A stretch of DNA of 63,737 nucleotides, the filler included, from Dicyema japonicum (taxonomy: Eukaryota > Animalia > Dicyemida), in the NCBI GenBank assembly GCA_011109175.1. It is 7 parts of 7 records of this genome, joined end to end, with 100 filler letters (N's around TTAATTAATTAA, not from the genome) between each part and the next. Parts side by side here need not be neighbours in the genome. Positions count along the whole stretch, not along the records: positions 21,226 to 29,351 come from RDEW01000044.1; positions 29,452 to 35,473 come from RDEW01000131.1; positions 35,574 to 53,899 come from RDEW01000147.1; 4 more parts are not named here. One strand, 5' to 3'. A program made the translations under genes and the position numbers. Shown piece after piece: positions 25,692-39,085 of this stretch; positions within the stretch are counted from its first letter, which is position 1, and every line of letters begins with the position of its first letter. The notes beneath the pieces were generated by a model. It was not told the origin of the DNA, searched no databases, and saw only the letters and a program-made list of their open reading frames with translations.

Positions 25692-27794
25692 TTAATGAAA
25701 TTCTATGATTACAGACATAACAACATTGTAATTTGTTCTGAAAATGTCATCATACAAGTGAATCTCGTTCATATTAAAGAGTGAACAAATATTCTCAATT
25801 TTATGAATTATATTATGTGGGATCAAAATTTCCATAAAAACGTCTGCTATTATAAGAAATAAGAATAAACGTGATTTCGTTGTTAGATTAGCACATTCCC
25901 ACAAAGCCCACAGGCAAATTCGCTCATCTGTGTTGACGTTTAGCAAATGTATTAGTGACTTAAACGACCTCCTCATAAAAAATTAAAGTAACCTCCTATG
26001 AATATCACAGTTAGCTTCATAAGGATAATCACATATAAATTTATAGATTTTATCAAAAATGACTTCATGTGGATCACAATTGCCAAAATCAGGATACACA
26101 AACGTCGGCAAAATATCAGTTGGGTCACCCAATATCAGACAAATACAACTCCAGATATAATAGCGTACACAAAAATCAACATCACTGTTGTGTAAAATTC
26201 TAGTAATAAAAAATCGAGTACACAATAAGTCATGGATGACTCCAAAAGTCTCAAGTAAATGTTTTGTTGACGAAAACTTTGCTAGGTTTTCCACAATTTC
26301 AATAAATGGCGATAAGTGGTCATTTTCTTTATAAACGTTAAGGGAAAATTCTTGAAAAGAACGATGGATTAGCCTAATGCCGTCGGAATTAACGAACAAT
26401 TTAATATTCCGTACATTTTCGTTAACCATGTTTATTCAAAAAACCTAGAAGAGGCTTCATAATGTTCAAAGCGTAAAAAGAATTTTCACCACGACCTTCA
26501 AGAGATGTAAAACTACTAAAATTTCACACATTTTAAACATGAAAAAGTCCTTGATATCCGAGAAAACTTAGAAATTCGATTCTCATAGTTTTCATAAATA
26601 ATCGACAAAAATCAAGCTTGTTATTTTTCACTTGTTAGCTAAAATCAGCAATCTTTACAATCATGTCTAGTAATCCTGGCAGCTAAAATAATCATTTAGT
26701 AAACAAAAATAGACATCTCCCAGGGTTTTAAATTGGTCAATAACTCCAAGCTATTTGAAAGTAACTAAAAATTAAAATTATATAAACTTTTTTAGGTCTG
26801 ACGATTGATCCACACATGAAAGTAGCAAAAAAAACTTTGAAAATATTTCTAGGAGTAATTTCGAGTCATACCGACGGTTTATATAAGAAATGGCTTGAAT
26901 TTTTGTTATATTATTTAGAATTTTTCTGCAAAATAAAATCATTCAGTTACATTTATTCTATGTCACATAGACCTGAAGGAGAATAAAAAACTTAAAATAT
27001 CTAAATTTTATTAAAATACTTTTAAAAGTCAATTTAACGAGTTATTTTGTATTTTGAAATTCATTGTAGTTATCTCGCTGATGCTTGTTTACAAGTGATT
27101 CACTGTCGTTTTATATTATTTGATAAAAATACAGATTCGATTACATTCTTGATGAAATGTAAAATTTTTCAACATTGAAATTTCTTCAATCCTATTTTTT
27201 CAACTTGGCTGGGATTATTCAAGTAAAAACTTGGTTAATGCCTCCACGTCGAAATACTGGTCTGATAAATCGAGAAAAGTAAGATTAGTGGCTTTTCTGA
27301 GAAGAGGGAGACAATCAAAACTGTATCTAATGTAATTTACATTTTATGTGCAAAATGTCTAAATTTGACAAAAACAAACCTCAAAGACTTTGGGCTGTTT
27401 AGATTTGCAGAAAAATCTTCAAAGTCAATAATTCTTACATTGTCAAAATTTATGCGTTCCAGTTTATCCATTATTTTCAATGTGGTGTTTGTAAAGACAC
27501 GTTGATAATTAAAAAGTTCAAGATTCGTTATTTTGTTGAATCCAGTCATAAATAGCGTATGTAGCAATTCTGGGTCTTTATAATTACCCAGTAAGAATGA
27601 TTCGACGTTATTCGTAATATATTCGATTGGTTTATAATAGAAATGTTCTGCTCTCCAATAAATTTAAAGTCTAAATATGTCTCAATGTTTTTAAATATTT
27701 TCCTTGATTTTTTGTTTAATTTCATATATTTTTTCTCAAGAAATTCTTTTGGAATATTTTTAAAACATAATGCATATAATGAGGATATTTCCAT
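25692..27794 (-). CDS. ZYG11/ZER1-family Cullin-2 substrate receptor (VHL/BC box, LRRs, ARM-like C-terminus); probably disrupted in the LRR part
   Basis: MEISSLYALCFKNI (VHL-box-like); LRKATNLTFLDLS (LRR); VNENVRNIKLFVNSDGIRL resembles ZER1 TDETPDNCEMFLNFNGMKL; RRSFKSLIHLL...LWALWECANLT resembles YRSFEPILRLL...HWATWALYNLV; a frameshift near 27650 is not explained by an intron. Confidence 0.72.
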
Positions 27795-28439
27795 TCTCAA
27801 CAAGAAACTATAAATAAATTTTTAAATTTTTATAAAAATAAATTAAAATTTATTTTTTATTTTTAAAAAATAAAAACTTTTAAACAAGTGGCCAAGATCT
27901 CTCGAGTATTCACTCTGATCACTGCTTTTCTAATGTACTTAGAAAAAATCGAATAACCACAATTTTACAGCACAGTCTATTCTAATGCTACATCTGAAAA
28001 ATTCTTACACTGGGAAATAATGGGAATTATTTGCTAACAATTAATTCTGTGATGTTACCTTGTTTTTCACGTATCATTATTATTCAGCATCTTTGTCCTC
28101 TCAAGTCATCCCAGGGCAATAGATATTATTATAAAATTGGGTCTACAAATGACCCAATTTGTCAGGCATGAAAATCAGATTAAGAGACAGCGGAACATTT
28201 ACTGGTTTGAGCCAAAAAGATCAAATTTTTTTAGTAAATGGACAGTCATTCAAAAAATCGTTTTGTTCTGCTTCGATGGCCTACCATCTATGGTCACCAT
28301 CTGCTCTTGCATGTCCACTACTTGATAAATTGTAGTGTCTAAATGCTTATATATAGGCTTTTCAAGTTGATGGATCGAAATCACAATCCATCCGTAAAAT
28401 AACATATCTTCGACATCAAAAGATTTTCATCGTTTTTTT

Positions 28440-29340
28440 CAACTCCTTTTCTTAAGCATTAATTTCGCTGCAGCTAAGTCTGCCTTCGAATAGAATCCCT
28501 TGACCATCGACAGACTTCGTTCTTCACACCGAAGTAAATTATACAAGCGATCCCCCGAAATTATGGGCGGATGATCAACCCACCCATAAATATCTTGAAT
28601 GGAACTTGTTTTATGGTCTCATGATTGGTAATAATGTCACTGAATACAATATTACCAAGACTAGGTTGATATGTAGCAAGAGTTCCTTCAATAGCTGAAA
28701 ACACGTTCTAGAGGTTGGTTTGACCTATGTTGTTATATAAACAATACCTTTCAACCTGCCCTTGAACCCACGATACTCGCGGTATTCCAAAAATATGTTT
28801 AATATTTCAGAAATTCCCTAATAAGTTTTTGAACTCCAGACCGTTGTCTGTTTGACGTACAATAGGTGGTGGGTGTTAAAAAATATCTGAAAAATCAGAG
28901 ATTTTTCTTCAGATGTTTTAGTTTTAGCCATATAGACCATAGCATATTTTGAAAAAGAATAAACCATTAGAAAAATTTAAAAATATAAGGAAGAACTATT
29001 ACCCCAGAATATCTGCCATTCAATCTGGGATATCTCTCAGATCCATCAGATCAGCTCTATCACTCGGACATTCTTCAATTATTTTTGTAATTGAAGGCCT
29101 CGTCTCAGTCAGCCTTTTGGTCTGACAAAAGAAACATTTCTTAACAGCATCTGTAGCTACGACAAGAGTTAAATTGTAGATCGTTTTTATTAGATAACTG
29201 AATAAGCGATCTCTCCCCATATGAGCAAACTACGTTTTCTCTGACAATTAATGTACAAAAATACTATAATCAATCGCTGTTTCAATTCTGATTTTCCCTC
29301 ACAAGGATCGCTGAAATATGTTGACCTAATTTTAACATAA
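28440..29340 (-). mobile_element. Ginger2/Tdd-like DDE integrase transposon remnant
   Basis: HMGRDRLF, CFFCQTK (HHCC), DLMDLR, SFSKY, TDNG.EFKN, WVQGQVER. Confidence 0.8.
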
Positions 29341-30349
29341 TCGAGTTACTCNNNNNNNNNNNNNNNNNNNNNNNNNNNNNNNNNNNNNNNNNNNNTTAAT
29401 TAATTAANNNNNNNNNNNNNNNNNNNNNNNNNNNNNNNNNNNNNNNNNNNNTAATACGTTCTTCATATAAATTCTAAATGTGATTAATAATAAATTAACA
29501 TTAAAGACATCCCAAATGTCGTATTGGTCAAACAGCGACGGAATTAAGACTAAGAAAGGAGACAAAAAACCATCTAGAGATATTACATAATTAAAAATAC
29601 CATTAGGTTGTTCTAAAAAGTTTCCTTTAGTGACAAATTCATTTAACTGTATTTTCCGATATTTCTCCAATAGATCAATCCACAAAGAAGAACCAATAAA
29701 GTTGACAGGAAGTGACCTTTAATGATTAAATTTTATTCAACTTTAATTTATTTGCGTATGCTCCTCTGAGAGGCGTCAATCTGACCACAATTTCAGCACT
29801 GAGGCCTAAATTTATCCCAAGAAATGCACTTAGACGCCCTTAATTCAAGTTATTTTTTTCAAAAATTACTTGGTTTAATACTTGGAATATAAGATCCTTT
29901 TTGTAGTAGGAATCCCCCTTGTATTCGAAGTACATGATTACTATATATTCTGACAAATAATAGTTACCCATTAGGGATATGTCCTAAGGGTAGTCGCCCC
30001 CACCCACAAGAGATCTCAATCTCTCCAAAGTCCTAAGGTTTATCGTTCTTGGCATAAACCGGGCATGAGATTGTCATGCAGACTTCAAACAAAATATTTT
30101 CTGCACTAGAATTGACAAAAAAACTGGATTTGTTCTACAATTCGATCCAACTCTCTAAAATATGGTTTTGAATTGTTTTACTTTTTTGACAAATAACCAC
30201 GTGCATTTATCAGGGGATTGCTTCGAACTCTCACATGCCAAGATATTCCCAATTTCTGAAATTTAGATATAAACAATGTACATTGTCTTCATAAAGTGCA
30301 AATCTTATATGCCTCGAAAGAATAGTTATTTCTAAAAAATTAGTTTTTG

Positions 30350-32194
30350 AATAAAAAAATTTATTAAAGATATATTTTTGGGACATTACCTGGACTAACT
30401 TTGAAGTTTGTATTTCTTACTTTTTTGATGCTCATAATCCGTTGGAATGCCATTTTTGTCTTATTAGTCGTAACCTGTCAAACTTATGATATAATTGATA
30501 ACCCCTTCATGAACCAAGTTGTAAATGTGATTGACGATTTCCCCAGACGAGGATATAGTGCCCAAGCAGTCCCATGTCTTTCATCTTCTGTGTCATTAAC
30601 TCAGTCAACCTGCCTCGAGTGATTCGAAGTGACTAATGTGGCAGTATTCTGGAATTCTGTCCGCAGTCTGGAGATTGTTTATTAGTTTAATCTGCCATTT
30701 ATTTCAGTTTAACAAACTTTTTCGTTAATTTGTTTGTTTTTCATTGAGTTTGATATTATTTTTTCAGCGAACCATTCCTCGATTTGTCCACAAGAACTCT
30801 GTTCTGTGCACATGTTCTCTCAACTCTTCTTCTTTCACGTCACCTTGAATGTCTTGAACCCCGTCTTGTACTATGAATAATCAACATTACTGCTCACTAT
30901 CATTTTGAATTAGTTCCAAATCATTTTCAAATACTTTAAGAATGTTACTTGGGACAATTCCCTCATCTCCTGAATCGTTTCTCATATTCCACCAGGGATC
31001 ATCTCTACATGTCATGAGAGATTAGATAACTGTTTGTCCACCGAGAGTAAGTACCTCTCCTTGGCTACTCAAGGTCCTCTACATCTTCCCCCTCCCAGTC
31101 TTGAAGTACTAAATATTTTATTTCATTCTCATTTGTCTTTATATTTTGATTTAATGTCTAAATTGAAATAAATTATGTTTACTTTTGTAGTTTCCTCAAT
31201 CAAAATCTTCTCTTCATCACTCTGCTCTTTACTTTCGACTCCTTCGAATCCTTGCAGACAGTTGTCTCCAAATCTCATCTCTTGAAATTTCTTTTCCAAT
31301 TTTATTTGAGATTTCATCATTTTCACATTTATTTTATCTATTTTTTGTTTCTCTTCTCCTGAGTACTTATACTGTTCACTTTGTGATTGCATATCCTTGA
31401 TATTTTCCCCTTCAGTTGTGCCTGCATTTCCTGAGTAGTTTCACTGTTTTACTTGTGGCTGTATGTCCTTAATATTTTCCCCTCCAGTTTGTGGCTGCAT
31501 TTCCTGAGTAGTTTCACTGTTGACTTGTGGCTGCATTTCCGTATTAGTCTCGTTGTTCACCAGTGGAGGAATGCTATTTGGGGGTCAAGCCTCCTGTTCG
31601 GATTCCAATTCTTCATCCAAAGATTCGGCTTCACTAATATTTTTTTGAGTTCTTTTCCTTCAGTCTTTTCTGAAATTTGAACATTTTCTTTAGTTTTCTC
31701 CTTATTTTCCGATTCTGATTCGACAGTTTCTTGTGTAGGTTGGTCTTGCTGAGGTTCCTCTGTACCTTGATTGTCGTTCTTGGGATCTTTAAGTGAGTCT
31801 GCCTTCTCTATAAATGTTATGTCGGAAATATATTTAATATTTGTCCCAAGTTGCATCTAAGAGTCGAATTTACATAGAAACCTGCATTGTTGTTAGTTTT
31901 TTCCTTTTCGGTCTGTATTTTTTTGGTCCAATTTTTCACAGTAGTATCCTAAATAGTCTTCATTAGGTTACTTCTGGAAGTGATTCGACCTCTTTCTTCA
32001 CTTCTTCTATTCTTTGGTAGAGTGATTGGGCTCTAAAATTAGTTTGAGGTCACGTGCCTTTTTATGTCTTCACTTAAATCAAGGATGACGTCTTTGTTGT
32101 TTGAATGATTTTTTGATATGAAAAGTAATTGTTTGTTCTCTACAGCCGTCTACTGTGAGTTTATAAGCCTTGCCTCTTTTTTAGAGCCTGGCAT
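30350..32194 (-). pseudogene. Hypothetical E/K/Q-rich gene with micro-introns and an internal ETTQEMQPQ/ENIKDIQPQ repeat; frames do not join cleanly
   Basis: Coding-like ORFs 31557-31856 and 31129-31392, intron-like 21-25 nt segments, frameshifts inside the repeat. Confidence 0.35.
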
Positions 32195-32334
32195 TTTTTT
32201 TGAAATAATTCCTAACTCTCCTTTTTCACCAAATAGTCCCATTGGTTTGCTACGATGATTTTGTTAAATATTTTATTCAAAACTTAAAACAAAATTTTTT
32301 TTCAATCAGATTGAAAATTAGAAAAAAAACTAAA

Positions 32335-32608
32335 ATGTCAGGTCTGTCGTCCGATAAAAGCGTTTTTCCGCAATTGAAAGGAAGATGGTCACCCCATCAT
32401 GGCGTTTTCATCCCCACGGTCGAGCCCACAGGTTCGAGTACGGAAGGAAATCCGGGCCGTATCCAATGCTCTCTTCACCATGTCGTGGAGACCTTCTGAC
32501 ACTACGCTTGCAGGAGAGTTGGTGGAGGCCGTATACTATTGCTCGGGCATTGCCTGTATTAGCATGTTTTTCCTCATTTTAATTAAAATCGTAATAAATG
32601 GAAAATAA
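32335..32608 (+). CDS. Possible small tail-anchored protein, divergent from the previous locus
   Basis: Higher-GC block after AAAATG; the 69-aa ORF 32399-32608 ends in a hydrophobic stretch and joins the ATG at 32335 through a 19-nt GT-AG intron. Confidence 0.25.
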
Positions 32609-32744
32609 AACTGCATTTTAAGTGTATTTTTTATTCAATACAACCGTTTTTGATTTAAAAATGTGAAAATAATTTTACTGATACATTATTCACTAATTTA
32701 TTTAAGCAATTAAATATTTTGGTTAATCGAATTGCATTCATTGT

Positions 32745-33369
32745 AATTCTTCCAAAAAAACAGTCGATCATTTAACAACGAGATGCAATGGGATATTAAT
32801 AGTGATTACATACGCCGTCAAAATTAGGTGTGAGATGTCTTCATTTAAACCTGTGTCGTAAATATGGAATCACATATTCAAAAAACTGAAAACTCACTCA
32901 GTCCAACTAATAGTAACAACTGAGAATGTTGAGATCCGAGTCGATACGACGCTAATAACGGATGTCAAAGTACAGCATAACAAGCCGGACATATTTTCGA
33001 TAAAAGGACAAGTGAGATTACTTTAGTAGAGATTGGAATCACTTCTCAAGAGATACGATCTCCTCGCTGGAGAGTTGTCTCAAATATACAACGCGAAAGA
33101 TAGGATTATTCCTATTGTTTTGACTTAGGAGGAATTATAAGTTCTACAAGTCATATATGGATGTTTTGGGTGTGGATATAATTCCGAGGGCATATATTCA
33201 ATCTATTGTACTAAAGAAAACTATTAAAAGCATATTAGTAGAGCACCGACATGGAATGAATTTTCAAGAGAGTGATGTTAGTGAGGTCATTCATTTCCTA
33301 CAACGAAAGTTTCTACGACAAGTTGAGGATGACGGAATCGTGGCCCGTGGAACAACAATGCTGGAGTGA
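32745..33369 (+). mobile_element. R4/Dong-like C-terminal CCHC and RLE remnant
   Basis: TVDHLTTRC, RCLHLNLCRKYG, VEIRVDT..TDVKVQHNKPDI, LVEIGITSQ, YDLLAGEL, AYIQSIVLKKT. Confidence 0.85.
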
Positions 33370-34089
33370 AGATCAGATTTGGTGATGGTAGACAAGAGAT
33401 TGCAGTTAGAGAGCTAAGGAATGGCTCAAAAAGAGAGTAGTTTAATTCTGACTTAATTTTTATTTATTAAATAATTTTGGTTTACATTACTTTGCTTATT
33501 CATGGCTAAAATTTCTGTTTAGTGTTTTTTCTGTTTTATATGGAAATCAACTTTGAAGACTGTTTAAATTATATTCAAGTCGTTTTAAATTCATTAAACA
33601 AATTTCGCATTAATAAAATCTTTAGTTTTGATTAAATCATTTTTGGAGTTATGCTATTTCATGTGATTAATTTAGAAACATTTTTTTCATTTGAAGGTAA
33701 CCTTATCCATCTTTGTTACATTTTAGGGAATGTTGAAGATTGCAAATTCTGTGTAAAATATATTATGTAAAAATATATTTCAATCAAGAAAGATATCTGA
33801 CTAATGAAAATGAGAACTTTCAAACGACGAAACCATTTTGTTGGGTGCTGGAATAAACGGACTAAAACCTGCATTCTCCTGGGTGAGAGAAAGTATTCTG
33901 ATTCCATTATGATTAGTTAATTCCTTATAAGAGATTAAGACTTTTCAGTCTCAAACAAATCGATTTTTTGGCAAATTATTTTTTGTTGAAAATATCAAAT
34001 GCACTTGAAATGTCAAAACCCATAAATTTCAAAATTTGTTGTTATCGTTGCCATAGAACAAACATATTTACATACACAATAAATAGCAT

Positions 34090-34430
34090 ATAGTTAATTT
34101 AATGGAAAGCTTTTTTAAAATCCTTATGAGGTTAATTTGAGTGAGCCACAGTTTGGACAGTTCAGAGTTCCATTCAGACCATACTTGAAAAAGTAGGTTC
34201 CTAGCCCATTGTGGTGGCCACAGCGTAGTTGCGAGAGCTCTAGCCACAATTTCTGCGGAAAAGAACGCATGGAATAATAACCTTTCGATTGAGTACATTG
34301 AGGATGCTGTTTGCTAAAACAAGTTTGATCGCACGAATAAATGTACAATGATGGGTGGCCTGGAACTTGTTTGACATAATTTTCGATAAAATTCTTCGAA
34401 CTTCTCCATACATTCTGATGATTTTTTGTT
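34090..34430 (-). mobile_element. I/Ingi-group LINE C-terminal zinc-knuckle remnant
   Basis: LSQLRCGHHNGLGTYFFKYG..NCPNCG. Confidence 0.55.
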
Positions 34431-34439
34431 TCGTTTTCA

Positions 34440-35341
34440 AAATTGATATAATTGATAATTTTTGCGACCATGTTCAAAGCATATTTAAGTTCATGCCCAA
34501 TAGTTTTAGCGAACAATGCCTCACGATGAAGAAAACAATGCGTGTGAATTAAGTCCGGATTCTTATTTTTTCGCAACAGAAACAAACCCTTTAACATGCC
34601 CCGTCATTGCTGGAGAACCATCAGTTCAACCCACACATTCATTCGAATCCAACTTTATATGCTCGAAATATGAATTTATAAGATTGAAAATGTCATATCC
34701 TTTTGTTGTTTTGAGCAACTCTTTGCAGCAAAGAAAATCTTCAACACATGGATTCATCGTCCATATAGCGAACAAAAACAAGGAGTTGCATTCTTCCTGT
34801 AATATCTGAGCTTTCATCCACTTGAAGCGCAAAAAATTCAGATTTTTTTATTCGCCGAACCAAACTGGTTTCGATGTCATCAGACAATATCCTTGATCCG
34901 TCTGCTCACAGAAGTATTTGAAATAGGAATTAAATCGAGCTCAGCGGCAGCAATTTCTCAAAAATTATCTTCACACTTCTCTTTGCATGCAGGAAAAGTA
35001 ACAGTTTCCGCAAGAGTGTGTGATTTCATCTTTTTGGCAGCGATCTCAACCCACAGAATAGCTATCATGCAGTGCTTTTTCGGTTATTTTGAATCTTTTT
35101 TGGAAAAATTAGATGCTTGAACTTTATTCTGGCTCCAATTTCCTTATAAAATATTCTTTTTTTTCATAGAAAGTTCAGGATGTTTGGAAGTAAAATTAAG
35201 TTTTTACGAGTTAATTTAAAAAAAAAGAAATAAAAAATTCCGTTTATAAATAATAGAAACAGATAATGAAAAATTATTCACAATATTTTGAACTTCGCGG
35301 AACCCCTATAATTTTGCGCGGAACCCGGTTGGGAAATACTG
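34440..35341 (-). mobile_element. hAT (Buster/Charlie type) transposon: 5' terminus and decayed transposase
   Basis: Terminus CAGTATTTCCCAACCGGGTTCCGCG; KSHTLAE, FALQVDESSDI, FLCCKEL..TTKGYDIF, TDGSPAMTG, HCFLHREAL. Confidence 0.9.
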
Positions 35342-35583
35342 ATGTAGATAAACAGATTTTTAAATTTAGTATTCTCGGAAATTTTCAAAAATAAGTCACA
35401 AAAATTAAAAAACATGCATTTTCAAGTGGTCACGTTTTTTTTGAACAGACAGTATCATGAAATATAAAGGGAGNNNNNNNNNNNNNNNNNNNNNNNNNNN
35501 NNNNNNNNNNNNNNNNNTTAATTAATTAANNNNNNNNNNNNNNNNNNNNNNNNNNNNNNNNNNNNNNNNNNNNTCGTGAATAG

Positions 35584-38500
35584 TATTATTATTATTATAA
35601 GCAACTACATAAAATCATATCCATTTTTTCCTTTTCTGAGCTTCGTCTCTTGGAGACAGCAAACAGAGCATCATATTTTGCAAGGTCCAATCATATAAAC
35701 TATAATTCTATTCGTGCCGCGTCTGAACAATCCTCTTAATTAGCCTTTCCCATCCCCTCCTGTCCGATGCCAAGTGCCGCAGACTACTAAGGTCTTCACC
35801 GTCCTTTAGTAGTCTGGTTACTGATCTCAGGTCACCATTAAGGACTTCCGGAAGAGTTATTCTTGGACGACCTCTGAACTTCTCCCCTGACGTATCGAAG
35901 TATTCTTCCATGACGACGTTTGCTGGCGTGTCTTGTTCCAATCTGAGAATATGGCCAAACAATCTCCAGCGAGCCTTCATGATCATGGTGCTCAGAGGTC
36001 CGGAACCGCATCTTCTATATAAATTTTCACTCCCTACACGCATTGGCCACTTTAGTCCCAAGAGAGACCGAAGTTGCCTTCTGTGAAAGGAGTCAAGGTT
36101 TTGTTCGTCCGTTTTCGAAATTCCCCACGTCCCAGAGTTGTATGTTAGTATGGGCCTCACGAACGCCTCATACAACCTGAGTCGGAGTGATGGCCCGACC
36201 GAGCATTTTCTTATCCAACATTTCATAAGTTTTTGCATAGTAACCGTAGATAACAATTTTCTTCTTGCAATGTCTTCGGAGTCTCCGAGAAGAGAGCCAA
36301 GCTTTACGGTCTTCCTCCAACATTCACTATTGCGTAGTTCCATCCGCTTAATTTCAACAATATCCGTTTTCTGAACATTCAGTGATAGACACCATTTGGC
36401 CAAACAGCCTGATGCAACCTCCAAGAGACGTAAGAGTGCTTCTTTGTCAGTCGAGATAAAGTCAACATCATCGGCATACACGATCTCCATAATATCATTG
36501 TTGTAATACTTCCGGAGGTCTTGCAGAGCCGATTCAAGGTATATAGCAAACAATACTGGGGAAAGGGAATCTCCTTGGGGTGTGCCCACTGTTGAAATAA
36601 TTTCCCGTGACAAACATTTTCCAATACGCACTCGTAACCTCGTGTTTGATAAGAGTATCCGTATCAGAATAACCGAGTCCTTATCCAGGAAACTTTCAAG
36701 CACTTCAATGAGTTTTCCCCGACGGACAGTGTCGAAAGCTCTGGTCAGATCAATTCCAAGGATAGTCTTTGAGCTCCGGAATCTTTGTTGAATAGCACAT
36801 TGCCATCTATGGCACCATACTACATCAGCCGTTGATCTCCCTGTCCTAAAACCACTCTGGCTCTGGGCCAAGTACCCGTCCACCGGCTCTTGGATCCGAT
36901 TAAGAGTAATTAGGGCAAGGATCTTCCTTAAGGTGTTTAGAAGGATGACAGGGCGCAGGTTTTCAACTGGCCCAGGGGGTTTATTACCTTTTTGAACTGG
37001 TACTAGTATCCCCTTTCCAATTTCTGAAAAGTCCTTGTTTTCTATCATGTCATTCAGCAATTTTGAGAGTTTATCTGCAAGTTCTGGAGGGCCAAATTTT
37101 AGCAATTCAGATGGTATATTATCTGGTCCTGGAGAGCGCCCAGATTTAAGTTTCCTTATCGCCATGCAAACCTCCTCCGGTGAAATGATCCGTTCAAGTG
37201 TTGTGTTCTTAGGCGTGAAATCTGATTTTTCTCCTTTTACAAAGAACAGTTGTTCAATATGCGATGCTATGAACTCTGTCTGTTCTGCAACATTTCCTAT
37301 TGTTTTTCCATTTCTGTCATGCAAAATAAGTTTCACTGATTGGCTCTTCCTCCGTATTAGTCGTATAGCCATGAATGTCGCAGCATTGTCTTTAAGGTTT
37401 TCTACCTCTCTGATCTTGCTTTCCAACTGACTAGTGTGATGTAGTCTGTTTAGGAGTTTGATTTTTCTCTCAATTTGCCTTCGTTCTTGTTTCAGTTTGC
37501 AAACAGTCTGAGGATCGACAGTATTTTCGGATCTAAGCCTTAAGTTCTTCTGCAAATTCAATAGGGCTGACACTTCCGGGTGACGCTGACTGCTATGGGG
37601 TTTAAGTTCCCCCAATGTTTGTCAGCAGCGGAAATGATCCCTCTCATAGTTTCGAGCCATGCCTTTCCTGGTGAAAGATCCGATGCCGTATTATTAATTG
37701 AATCCGATACACATTCTTTATAGTCTGCTTGTACTTTTGGTGAAGAGCCCAAGAGTTCAGTCATATACCTTCTTGATCGCGTGGAATCTCCACCACGATG
37801 TGTTTGGAAGAAGCATCTTCTATTAGTTATCCCGTAGAGGAACTCCTCCGCAGTTGGACCAAGTCTTAAGCTGAATCTTGCTGACACAATTTTGTGATCA
37901 CTGTTAACAGTTAGTCCTCCATAAGATCTCGAGTCCCGTAAGAGAGATTTGTCTTTTACTCGACACAGAATATAATCGATCTGATTATAAATCCTTATCA
38001 GATTTCCGGTGGTCGATAGTCTAGTGCCCATCCACGTTGTCTTGTGGCGTGCGGAATGTTGGAATTGAGTATTGCACAGGAATAAATCAAAGGATTCGCA
38101 GAAATATGCCAGAGCAGTACCAGAATAGTTCCTGATCCCCCTTCCATGTGGTCCAATAAAACGTTCGTGTCCTTGATGTACCCCAGCTTTAGCATTCCAA
38201 TCACCAGCGATAAAGAGGAACGATGAAAACTTCAGAGAAGATACGACCTCGACAAGTTCTTCGTAGAAAACGTCCAATTCCTCTGGGTTTTTGGAAACAC
38301 GGCCACTATGTGGGGCGTACACGTTCACAATGGAAATTAGTTGCCTGGACTTCCCTTTGGGTCCAATAAGAAATTGAATAACACATATCCTGTCATCAAT
38401 TTTCCAATATCGATGTAATCTGGGGAGCAAATTCTTGTGAACAGCGAAACCCTGTCCATAGTGTTTACAGTACGATGGAAGGAGGATTAGTCTGTAGTCT

Positions 38501-38697
38501 CCAAGGTTTTCATCGAGTCCTTTTCTGAGCTTCGTCTCTTGGAGACAGCAAACAGAGCATCCATATTTTGCAAGGTCCAGACATAGTTGGTGCCTCTTCG
38601 ACCAGTCATTAAGGCCCCTGGCATTGAAGGTAAGGGTAGAAAACCAGAAAGGATTATTCAATTGCGTATTTAGACACGTGTGCAATAGAGTGCCTTA
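35584..38697 (-). mobile_element. Near full-length RTE-clade LINE (APE and RT), one frameshift, (TAA)n tail
   Basis: APE ORF 37558-38685 (TFNARGL, CLQET, NVYAP, GDWNAK, NQIDY, SDH) overlaps RT ORF 35708-37615 (SPGPD, RPVILL, DLTRAFD, PQGDSLSP, YADD). Confidence 0.96.
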
Positions 38698-38724
38698 ATA
38701 ATAATATTAATAATTTTCATATTC

Positions 38725-39085
38725 GGTCTCTCCTAGGACTGAAATGTCCAAAGCAATAAGGAATGCAGTGTTATACAAAAGATGTCTCACGATACCTATC
38801 AGCATGTCATTCGCGGAGGCAAGCTAGAATCTGTTTGGCCATTTCCTGAGAATGGACCCTAGCAAACCAGAAAATGTCATCAATGAGTATAATTTTGCGA
38901 GATCTGGAGATAAATCCTGTTGAAATCCACGTATAACTCTTCCTGTAATATTTAACGATGATCTGAGGCTGCTGAAGAAATCACTGAAAGACTACAAAGA
39001 CCTTGGAGTTCTGAGGAGTTTTGCGACAAATATAGTAGTATGGAATAGGCTAGTAACTAGGATCACCCGAGCGCGACACGTATTG
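38725..39085 (+). mobile_element. Older RTE 3' fragment, head-to-head with the young copy
   Basis: NAVLYKRC, LFGHFLRMD, PRITLPVIFNDDL, WNRLVTRI. Confidence 0.75.

Noticed and set aside
34124-34597. 157-aa ORF as a novel fusion protein (likewise 52492-52965 and 52242-52502)
   Set aside because: Chance read-through across junctions of unrelated dead TEs or across an N
34865-34885. Minus-strand CTGATGA-catc-GAAAC hammerhead core
   Set aside because: Lies in hAT transposase coding sequence (SDDIET); no stem II or flanking stems
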